From Enterococcus phage vB_EfaP_2/Chl-5, in sequence record PV455607.1: 18,099 nucleotides of DNA; one strand, written 5' to 3'. The notes below the pieces were generated by a model. It did not search any database, was not told where the DNA came from, and worked only from the letters and a program-made list of their open reading frames with translations. The stretch's first letter is position 1, and each line of letters opens with the position of its first letter. A program made the position numbers and the translations under genes. Shown one piece after another: positions 1 to 6,482 of this stretch.

Positions 1-43
1 AGAATATTGTTATAAAATACTTACATTTTTATCTATTATATCC

Positions 44-72
44 TTTACAAATATGTGATTATATGGTAAACT
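44..72 (+). promoter_or_regulatory. Candidate sigma-A early promoter: TTTACA (44-49), 17-bp spacer, extended -10 TGgTAAACT (64-72)
   Basis: Read directly. It has the same TTTACA-17-TGnTAxAxT architecture as the promoters at 956 and 4576. The -10 is only 4/6 but carries an extended TG. It lies about 30 bp upstream of the RBS of the first gene. Confidence 0.35.
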
Positions 73-101
73 ATATTTGTAAGGTAAAGGAGGTGAATAA
101 A

Positions 102-392
102 ATGAAACTTACAGATGCTACAAATTATATGTCAGAACTATCATCAAACTTAGAAACAATTGATAATTTAATTAAAGATCTTAATTCTTCATACAATATG
201 AATGATCAAGTTCGTGTTTACTTGGAAAAAGATGATGTCGCTCTCGATTATTGGTCAAAATCAAAATCTTTTAATGTTTCGTTTGAAAAAGAAATCATAA
301 TTTCAGCTTTAAAAGATCAAAGAAAAGTATTATACACAGAATTAATAAAGACGAAAGAATTTATCTCAGAACTATTGGAGGAAAAACAATGA
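102..392 (+). CDS. Small early protein, paralog A of a tandem triplet (97 aa from ATG 102; the track ORF begins at ATG 63 without an RBS)
   Basis: The RBS AAAGGAGG (87-94) sits 8 nt before ATG 102. The stop overlaps the next start (ATGA at 389-392). It shares length, MK-start, central D(P/Q)xxR(I/V) motif and I(I/S)ExLEE C-terminus with the next two ORFs. Confidence 0.7.
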   Translation: MKLTDATNYMSELSSNLETIDNLIKDLNSSYNMNDQVRVYLEKDDVALDYWSKSKSFNVSFEKEIIISALKDQRKVLYTELIKTKEFISELLEEKQ

Positions 393-670
393 AAACAAGT
401 TATAAACAATTAGATGAACTAATTTCATTAAAAAATCGTATGAAACACAATAAAACACATCTTAAATACATTACCGAATGTATAGATGAAGTTAAAAAAT
501 CATCGGGCGATCCATACCGTATTAAAGTTTCGTACGACAATCATTATCTTACACTTGTTTCTATCACAAAAGAACAAGTAATAAATAATTTAGAAAAAGA
601 AAAGTTAAAATTAACAACAGCGATTTTAGAAATACAAGATGAAATTATAGAAATTTTGGAGGAGAAATAA
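389..670 (+). CDS. Small early protein, paralog B (93 aa), translationally coupled
   Basis: ATGA overlap with paralog A and TAATG overlap with paralog C. Sequence pattern MKxSxxQxDEL...GDPYRIKVSY...IIEILEEK is shared with neighbours. Confidence 0.7.
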   Translation: MKTSYKQLDELISLKNRMKHNKTHLKYITECIDEVKKSSGDPYRIKVSYDNHYLTLVSITKEQVINNLEKEKLKLTTAILEIQDEIIEILEEK

Positions 671-942
671 TGAAATACTCACTAGAACAAATAGATGAGA
701 TTAGATCAACAATTCTCAGAATTAAATTAAAAAGGGATGAACTGGAGGAACTGTTGGACGAATTAAACGATATTTCTAAAGATCCGGAAGAAAGATATGT
801 TTTATCGTTTTATTACACAAGAGAAGAACGTCTGTTTGAAATTCCGTCAGTAAGATTAATAGATTATTACAACACAAAGATCATAAATCTGAAATCGGAA
901 ATCATATCACTCGAAAAAAGATTACAAAAACTAGTAAAATAA
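670..942 (+). CDS. Small early protein, paralog C (90 aa)
   Basis: TAATG coupling to paralog B. MKYSLEQIDEI...KDPEERYVLSFYY...IISLEKRLQKL resembles B and A. Confidence 0.7.
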   Translation: MKYSLEQIDEIRSTILRIKLKRDELEELLDELNDISKDPEERYVLSFYYTREERLFEIPSVRLIDYYNTKIINLKSEIISLEKRLQKLVK

Positions 943-955
943 TTACACAAAAAGC

Positions 956-984
956 TTTACAAATATAGCACATCATGTTATACT
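956..984 (+). promoter_or_regulatory. Early promoter: TTTACA (956-961), 17-bp spacer, TGtTATACT extended -10 (976-984)
   Basis: Read directly. It lies in the 120-bp gap before the p6-like gene. A 7-bp inverted repeat AGTAAGG/CCTTACT (about 991-1017) lies in the predicted 5' UTR. Confidence 0.55.
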
Positions 985-1063
985 AAAAGAGTAGTAAGGG
1001 AACGGAAAATACCTTACTTCACACCTCAATCATTCTTATCAAAATACAAAAGGAGGAAAAAGA

Positions 1064-1330
1064 ATGGCTCGAAAACTAATGCAACGAAACGTGACATCAA
1101 CTAAAGCGGAATTCTCAGAAGTTATCGTACAAGACGGAGCGCCAACAATTGTACCATGCGAACCAGTTGTACTAACAGGAAAACTTTCAGAAGAAAAAGC
1201 TTTATCAGCGATCAAACGTAAAAACCCTGATAAAAACGTAGTAGTAACAAATGTTTCACATGAAACAGCGCTTTACACAATGCCAGTCGATAAATTTATC
1301 GAGTTAGCAGACAAATCAACACAAGCCTAA
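1064..1330 (+). CDS. gp6: phi29 p6-like histone-like dsDNA-binding / replication-origin protein
   Basis: Strong RBS AAAGGAGG then ATG. MARKLMQRNVTSTK...KRKNPDKNVVVTNV...LYTMPVDKFIELA parallels phi29 p6 as recalled (MAKMMQREITKTT...KRKYKGNDVTVVSV...YELPVEKFLEVA). Size is 88 aa. Confidence 0.75.
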   Translation: MARKLMQRNVTSTKAEFSEVIVQDGAPTIVPCEPVVLTGKLSEEKALSAIKRKNPDKNVVVTNVSHETALYTMPVDKFIELADKSTQA

Positions 1331-1368
1331 TAAAACAAAACTAAAACAAAACAGAGGAGATTATAATC

Positions 1369-1740
1369 ATGGAAATCGTAAAAAGCACATTTGACACACA
1401 AACACCAGAAGGAATGTTACAAGTATTCAATGCCACAAACGGGGCTTCAATTCCGTTACGTAACGCAATTGGCGAAGTACTAGAATTGAAAGACATTCTA
1501 GTTTACTCAGACGAAGTTTCTGGTTTTGGTGGAGCCGAACCATCACAAGCAGAGCTAGTCGCTTTCTTCACAGAAGATGGTAAAACTTATGCTGGTGTAT
1601 CAGCGGTAGCAACAAAGTCAGCTAAAAACCTAATTGATATGATGAGTGCTAACCCTAACATCAAACCAAAAATTTCTTTTGTTGAAGGAAAATCAAACGG
1701 TGGACAAAAATTTGTAAATCTACAAGTGGTTTCACTGTAG
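1369..1740 (+). CDS. gp5: phi29 p5-like single-stranded DNA-binding protein
   Basis: VKSTFDTQTPEGMLQVFNA and the C-terminal KFVNLQVVSL match the recalled phi29 p5 (VKATFDTETLEGQIKIFNA ... FFSLQLSL). It is 123 aa, against 124 aa in phi29. RBS is AGAGGAG. Confidence 0.8.
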   Translation: MEIVKSTFDTQTPEGMLQVFNATNGASIPLRNAIGEVLELKDILVYSDEVSGFGGAEPSQAELVAFFTEDGKTYAGVSAVATKSAKNLIDMMSANPNIKPKISFVEGKSNGGQKFVNLQVVSL

Positions 1741-1765
1741 CATAAAAATACAGGAATCTAGTAAG

Positions 1766-1795
1766 CCACTTAGCGAATCTCGCTAGGTGGTTTTT
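1766..1795 (+). terminator. Rho-independent terminator between SSB and TP genes (11-bp stem CCACTTAGCGA/TCGCTAGGTGG with one G-U, 3-nt loop, T5)
   Basis: Read directly: stem 1766-1776 / 1780-1790 followed by TTTTT 1791-1795. Confidence 0.6.
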
Positions 1796-1824
1796 ATTAT
1801 GTTTCTACATTGAGGTGTGTAGAA

Positions 1825-2670
1825 TTGACAGTAAGAATATCAAAGAACGATAGAGCGAAGTTAGAGAAAATCTATGGAAAGTCTAACAAAGCTCGTAAAA
1901 AGTACAACCGTTTAAGACAAAAAGGAGTTGAGGAAAGGCAACTACCAACTGTTCCAACATCAAAGAAAAGACTTATTGACTACGTAAAATCAACAAATAT
2001 GAGTCGTAGTGATTTTAACAAGTTGTTAGATGAGTTGGTAGACTTTGCACAGCCTTACAACGAGAATTACATTTTTGAGATCAACAAGCGAAATGTTGCT
2101 ATCTCAAGAGCGCAAATCAAAGAAGCGCAAATTAAAACAGAGCAAGCTCAAAAAGCAAAAGAAGAACACTACAAAGAGCTTAACGAACTTCAGATTAAGA
2201 AGCCAACAGAAAACACAATTGTCACACCAACGATTTTAACAGAGTTAGGTGCGGACTTACCTTTTCAAGCAATACCAGATTTTAACATTGATTCTTTTAC
2301 TTCTCCAGAAGGAGTTCAGTCTTATTTAGAAAATATAGGAAAACAAGACGAACAATATTTTGATGAAAGGGATCAGCTTTATTATGACAATTTCAGACAA
2401 GCGATGTTTACTATTTTCAATTCAGACGCTGACGACATTGTTCGTTTACTTGATTCCATGGGGCTTGACCTATTTATGAAAACCTATGTTACCAACTTCT
2501 TGGACATGAACCTTGACTACATTTATGATGAAGCAGAAGTACAACAGAAAAAAGAACAAGTTTACAGTAAGATTGCAAAAGTGATCGAATCTGAAACAGG
2601 TGGAGAAGTCCCCTCATATAACCCCACGAAGAACATCACAATTAATTCAGAAACAGGAGAAGAATTATGA
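1825..2670 (+). CDS. gp3: Terminal protein (primer for protein-primed replication); start probably TTG 1825 after RBS GAGGTG (track start TTG 1810)
   Basis: VRISKNDRAKLEKIYGKSNKARKKYNRLRQKG parallels the phi29 TP N-terminus (IRIKDNDKAEYARLVKNTKAKIARTKKKYG, recalled). It is about 281 aa, against 266 aa in phi29. Its stop overlaps the polymerase start (ATGA). There is no in-frame ATG near the 5' end, so a non-ATG start is inferred. Confidence 0.8.
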   Translation: MTVRISKNDRAKLEKIYGKSNKARKKYNRLRQKGVEERQLPTVPTSKKRLIDYVKSTNMSRSDFNKLLDELVDFAQPYNENYIFEINKRNVAISRAQIKEAQIKTEQAQKAKEEHYKELNELQIKKPTENTIVTPTILTELGADLPFQAIPDFNIDSFTSPEGVQSYLENIGKQDEQYFDERDQLYYDNFRQAMFTIFNSDADDIVRLLDSMGLDLFMKTYVTNFLDMNLDYIYDEAEVQQKKEQVYSKIAKVIESETGGEVPSYNPTKNITINSETGEEL

Positions 2671-4388
2671 TTAAGAAATATACAGGCGACTTTGAAACAA
2701 CAACTGATCTCAACGATTGTCGTGTATGGTCGTGGGGCGTATGCGATATAGACAATGTTGACAATATAACATTCGGTTTAGACATTGATTCTTTTTTTGA
2801 ATGGTGCGAAATGCAAGGTAGTACAGATATCTATTTCCACAACGAAAAATTTGATGGAGAGTTTATGCTTTCATGGTTATTCAAAAATGGTTTCAAATGG
2901 AGCAAAGAAACGAAAGAAGAAAGAACATTCTCTACATTGATATCAAATATGGGTCAATGGTATGCTTTGGAAATTTGTTGGGAAGTTAATTACACAACAA
3001 CAAAATCAGGTAAAACGAAAAAAGAGAAAGTTCGAACGATCATCTATGATAGTCTTAAGAAATACCCATTTCCAGTCAAACAAATTGCAGAAGCTTTTAA
3101 TTTTCCTATAAAAAAAGGCGAAATAGATTATACAAAAGAAAGACCTATTGGTTACAAACCGACAAAAGATGAGTGGGAGTATTTAAAGAACGACATTCAG
3201 ATTATGGCAATGGCATTAAAAATTCAATTCGATCAAGGACTAACTCGAATGACTAGAGGAAGTGACGCTTTAGGCGATTACCAAGATTGGGTAAAGACCA
3301 CATATGGTAAATCAAGATTTAAACAATGGTTTCCTATTTTGTCTTTAGGGTTTGATAAAGACTTACGTAAAGCATACAAAGGCGGCTTCACTTGGGTAAA
3401 CAAAGTTTTTCAAGGGAAAGAAATAGGCGATGGCATTGTCTTTGATGTTAACTCTTTGTATCCCTCTCAAATGTATGTAAGACCTTTACCATATGGAACA
3501 CCTCTATTCTATGAGGGAGAATACAAACCGAACAACGACTATCCACTTTACATTCAAAATATCAAAGTAAGGTTTCGTTTAAAGGAGGGTTATATTCCAA
3601 CCATTCAAGTTAAGCAAAGCTCATTATTTATTCAAAACGAATATCTTGATTCGAGCGTAAACAAACTTGGAGTCGATGAATTAATTGATCTTACACTTAC
3701 AAACGTTGATCTTGAGTTGTTCTTTGAACATTACGACATTTTAGAGATACATTACACGTATGGTTATATGTTCAAAGCTTCTTGTGATATGTTCAAAGGC
3801 TGGATCGATAAATGGATCGAAGTAAAGAACACCACTGAAGGAGCTAGAAAAGCGAATGCTAAAGGTATGTTAAATAGCTTGTATGGAAAGTTCGGAACAA
3901 ACCCTGACATTACAGGAAAAGTGCCTTACATGGGCGAGGACGGCATTGTTCGATTGACACTAGGAGAAGAAGAATTAAGAGATCCTGTTTATGTTCCGCT
4001 TGCTAGTTTTGTGACGGCTTGGGGTAGATATACTACCATTACAACCGCTCAAAAATGTTTTGATCGCATTATTTATTGTGATACAGATAGCATTCATCTA
4101 GTAGGAACAGAAGTTCCAGAAGCAATCGATCACTTGGTTGATCCTAAAAAACTTGGTTATTGGGGACATGAAAGCACATTTCAACGAGCAAAATTTATTC
4201 GTCAGAAAACATATGTCGAAGAAATTGACGGAGAATTAAATGTAAAGTGTGCTGGTATGCCAGATCGAATAAAAGAGCTTGTAACCTTTGACAATTTTGA
4301 AGTTGGTTTTTCAAGCTATGGAAAGTTGCTACCGAAAAGAACACAAGGTGGCGTGGTATTAGTAGACACAATGTTTACAATCAAATAA
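2667..4388 (+). CDS. gp2: Protein-primed family-B DNA polymerase (phi29 p2-like)
   Basis: Exo I DFETTT, Exo II HNEKFDGEFM and Exo III YLKNDIQI are present. So are motif A DVNSLYPSQMY, motif B KGMLNSLYGKFG, motif C YCDTDS and KxY RQKTYVEE. At 573 aa it compares with 575 aa in phi29. Confidence 0.95.
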   Translation: MIKKYTGDFETTTDLNDCRVWSWGVCDIDNVDNITFGLDIDSFFEWCEMQGSTDIYFHNEKFDGEFMLSWLFKNGFKWSKETKEERTFSTLISNMGQWYALEICWEVNYTTTKSGKTKKEKVRTIIYDSLKKYPFPVKQIAEAFNFPIKKGEIDYTKERPIGYKPTKDEWEYLKNDIQIMAMALKIQFDQGLTRMTRGSDALGDYQDWVKTTYGKSRFKQWFPILSLGFDKDLRKAYKGGFTWVNKVFQGKEIGDGIVFDVNSLYPSQMYVRPLPYGTPLFYEGEYKPNNDYPLYIQNIKVRFRLKEGYIPTIQVKQSSLFIQNEYLDSSVNKLGVDELIDLTLTNVDLELFFEHYDILEIHYTYGYMFKASCDMFKGWIDKWIEVKNTTEGARKANAKGMLNSLYGKFGTNPDITGKVPYMGEDGIVRLTLGEEELRDPVYVPLASFVTAWGRYTTITTAQKCFDRIIYCDTDSIHLVGTEVPEAIDHLVDPKKLGYWGHESTFQRAKFIRQKTYVEEIDGELNVKCAGMPDRIKELVTFDNFEVGFSSYGKLLPKRTQGGVVLVDTMFTIK

Positions 4389-4400
4389 GGAGGACTAATA

Positions 4401-4571
4401 ATGGATTTATATAAAGCAATATTTATTGTACGTGATGAAGGAACGATTGACGGTTACGCTACCGAACACTTTGTTGATATTTCTTTACACGACTTTGAAG
4501 AAATCTATGGAAAAGAAACACGTGAAATTGAAGCAGTAACATTAGTAAAAACAGGAAATTTCAAAAAATAA
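4401..4571 (+). CDS. 56-aa acidic ORF missed by the ORF track; possible phi29 p56-like uracil-DNA-glycosylase inhibitor (DNA mimic)
   Basis: Strong RBS AAGGAGG (4389-4395) 5 nt before ATG 4401; stop TAA 4569-4571. Translation MDLYKAIFIVRDEGTIDGYATEHFVDISLHDFEEIYGKETREIEAVTLVKTGNFKK has net charge about -5. ISLHDFEEIYGKETREIE resembles the LSLSDFEVLYGNTADEII segment of phi29 p56 as I recall it. It is the same length (56 aa) and sits in the same genomic position, after the polymerase and before the pRNA. Confidence 0.55.
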   Translation: MDLYKAIFIVRDEGTIDGYATEHFVDISLHDFEEIYGKETREIEAVTLVKTGNFKK

Positions 4572-4575
4572 ATTA

Positions 4576-4604
4576 TTTACATCCTTTGCAAAGTATGGTA
4601 AAAT
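4576..4604 (+). promoter_or_regulatory. Promoter TTTACA (4576-4581), 17-bp spacer, extended -10 TGgTAAAAT (4596-4604) driving a short non-coding transcript
   Basis: Read directly. No ORF follows. A strong terminator lies about 160 nt downstream. Confidence 0.55.
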
Positions 4605-4610
4605 ATTCTT

Positions 4611-4767
4611 GTGATAGTTGACAAGAGTCAAATTTGGCGAGATTGGGCGAATGTACACGTGAAATATCGTGCGCTCCCGTTAAGTTATGGACACATAAAC
4701 GTTTTGACCGTCAACCAATCGCAAAAACCTTTTAGGAGTAGCCCTTAAATGTGGCTACTCTTTTTTT
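4611..4767 (+). ncRNA. Candidate packaging RNA (pRNA-like), about 155 nt from predicted TSS to terminator
   Basis: It is a promoter-to-terminator unit without coding capacity at the position adjacent to gene 2 / p56 where phi29 encodes pRNA. Internal hairpins are TTGAC-AAGA-GTCAA (4618-4632), GTTTT...AAAAC (4701-4728) and the terminator stem. Its 5' GTTGAC/GATTGG segments are complementary to its 3' GTCAACCAATC. Confidence 0.45.
4736..4767 (+). terminator. Rho-independent terminator (stem GAGTAGCC 4736-4743 / GGCTACTC 4753-4760, 9-nt loop, T7 4761-4767)
   Basis: Read directly: perfect 8-bp GC-containing stem followed by seven T residues. Confidence 0.75.
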
Positions 4768-4783
4768 GTGTTTCACAGAATTA

Positions 4784-4799
4784 TGTTTCACGTGAAACA
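4784..4799. promoter_or_regulatory. parS: Perfect 16-bp palindrome TGTTTCACGTGAAACA matching the bacterial parS (ParB/Spo0J) consensus tGTTNCACGTGAAACa
   Basis: Read directly. A GTTTCAC half-site lies at 4770-4776. ACACGTGAAAT occurs at 4518-4528 and 4655-4665. The palindrome overlaps the -35 position of the late promoter. Confidence 0.6.
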
Positions 4800-4815
4800 G
4801 TTTTTATGGTATAAT
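4787..4815 (+). promoter_or_regulatory. Late promoter: extended -10 TGgTATAAT (4807-4815) with a poor -35 (TTCACG)
   Basis: Read directly. It lies 24 nt upstream of the scaffold-gene start and heads the whole late operon. Confidence 0.6.
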
Positions 4816-4838
4816 AGAATCAAAAGGAGGTGGAGATT

Positions 4839-5129
4839 ATGGAAATTAAAGAACATGAAGCAATTCTAAATGGTATTCTTGAAAGTGTCACAGACGGTGA
4901 AGCAAGATCAAAGATTGTAGAACATCTTGAAGCATTGCGAGAAGACTACGGAGCAACAACTGAAGCTTTGACATCAGCAAATAGCACACTTGAGAAGTTA
5001 AAGAAAGATAACGAAGCGTTGGTGATTTCAAACTCAAAATTGTTCCGAGAACGAGCGAGCGTAGAACAACCAGAAAATAACGAACCAGAAACAGACCAGA
5101 ATATTACACTAGATGATCTAGGAATTTAA
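4839..5129 (+). CDS. gp7: Head scaffolding protein (phi29 gp7-like); start ATG 4839 (track GTG 4830 lies inside the RBS)
   Basis: AGGAGG 4825-4830 then an 8-nt spacer to ATG. VISNSKLFRE matches phi29 gp7 IVSNSKLFRQ (recalled). It is about 96 aa, acidic and coiled-coil-like. Confidence 0.8.
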   Translation: MEIKEHEAILNGILESVTDGEARSKIVEHLEALREDYGATTEALTSANSTLEKLKKDNEALVISNSKLFRERASVEQPENNEPETDQNITLDDLGI

Positions 5130-5142
5130 GGAGGAAACAAAC

Positions 5143-6471
5143 ATGGCAGATAAAATCACAGAACAAGATGTTCTTAACGCCACAAATGTAGAAACACCAG
5201 TACAATTAATGACTGCTATTTATAATAGCTCATCATCTCTTTTTCAAGCGAACGTACCTATGCCAAATGCAGATAACATTCAAGCGGTTGGTGCTGGGAT
5301 CACACGTTTAGATGTAGTAAAAAATGAATTTATTTCAACTTTAGTTGATCGTATTGGTAAAGTAGTTATTCAATACAAATCATGGCGAAACCCTTTGAAA
5401 ATGTTTAAAAAAGGAAACATGCCTTTAGGTCGAACGATCGAAGAAATTTTTGTTGACATTGCACAGGAACATAAATTCAATCCTGAAGAATCTGTTACAG
5501 GTGTATTTAAACAGGAAGTTCCCGATGTAAAAACATTGTTTCACGAAATTAATCGTGAAGGTTACTACAAACAAACGATCCAAGAAGCATGGTTAGAAAA
5601 AGCATTTACTTCATGGGATAATTTCAATAGTTTCGTTGCTGGTGTAATGAATGCTTTATACACAGGCGATGAAGTAAGTGAATTTGAATACACGAAATTG
5701 TTAATAGCAAACTACCAAGAAAAAGAGTTATTCAAAGAGATCGAAATTGGCGAAATTAATGAATCAAATGCAAAAAATTTTATTCGTAAGATCAAAGCAA
5801 CATCAAACAAACTTGAATTTATGAACAATTCTTACAATGCACAAGGTGTAAGAACATCAACAGCTAAAGCCGACCAATACGTTATTATTGACGCTGACAC
5901 TGACGCTACAATTGACGTTGACGTTTTAGCAGCGGCATTCAATATGAGTAAAACTGACTTTGTAGGACACAAAATCGTTATTGATGAGTTTCCTAAAAAA
6001 GAAGGCGAAGATTCGTCAAATATTGTGGCAGTTATTGTAGATAGTGAGTGGTTTATGATCTATGACAAATTGTACAAAACAACAAGTCTATACAACCCTG
6101 AAGGCTTATATTGGAATTATTGGTTGCACCACCACCAACTATATTCTACTTCTCAATTCGGGAACGCCGTTGCTTTTGTTAAATCAGCAACAAAACCTGT
6201 CACAAAAGTTGCTTTTGCAAGTGCAACAGCTACTGTTGTTAAAGGTTCATCTAAAGATATCGCATTGACATTTACACCAGCAGAAGCAACAAACCAAGAA
6301 GGAGAAGTAGTTTCATCAGCACCAACATTGGTTAAGGCAACCGTAAAACAAACAGCAGGTAAAGCGACTGGCGTAACCGTAGAAGGCTTAGAAGTCGGTC
6401 AATCATTAGTAACATTCACAGCTATCGGAGGTCAACAAGCAACGGTTCTTGTTACGGTTACTTCTGACTAA
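5143..6471 (+). CDS. gp8: Major capsid protein (phi29 gp8-like) with C-terminal Ig-like Big_2 domain
   Basis: [15 protein letters not shown]...[21 protein letters not shown] parallels phi29 gp8 (FITSLVDRIGLVVIR...[21 protein letters not shown]). The C-terminal 80 aa are rich in T/V/A beta-strand residues, typical of Big_2. It is 442 aa, against 448 aa in phi29. Confidence 0.95.
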   Translation: [442 protein letters not shown]

Positions 6472-6482
6472 GGAGGACAATT

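Noticed and set aside
63-101. Track start codons ATG 63, GTG 4830, GTG 9267, GTG 15491, TTG 1810, ATG 16806, ATG 17057, GTG 17319, ATG 17679, ATG 17919
   Set aside because: Each lacks a Shine-Dalgarno and lies inside an RBS, promoter or repeat, or it overlaps the upstream gene extensively. A downstream in-frame start with a canonical RBS and 6-9 nt spacing was preferred.
4618-4623. Consensus TTGACA hexamer as a -35 element
   Set aside because: No acceptable -10 follows 17 bp downstream (GATTGG). The hexamer is instead one arm of the TTGAC-AAGA-GTCAA hairpin inside the candidate RNA.
4518-4665. Exact 11-mer ACACGTGAAAT at 4518-4528 and 4655-4665
   Set aside because: By chance an 18-kb AT-rich sequence is expected to contain many exact 11-mer pairs, so the repeat is not significant on its own. 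It is mentioned only as possible degenerate parS half-sites (11/16 match to consensus).
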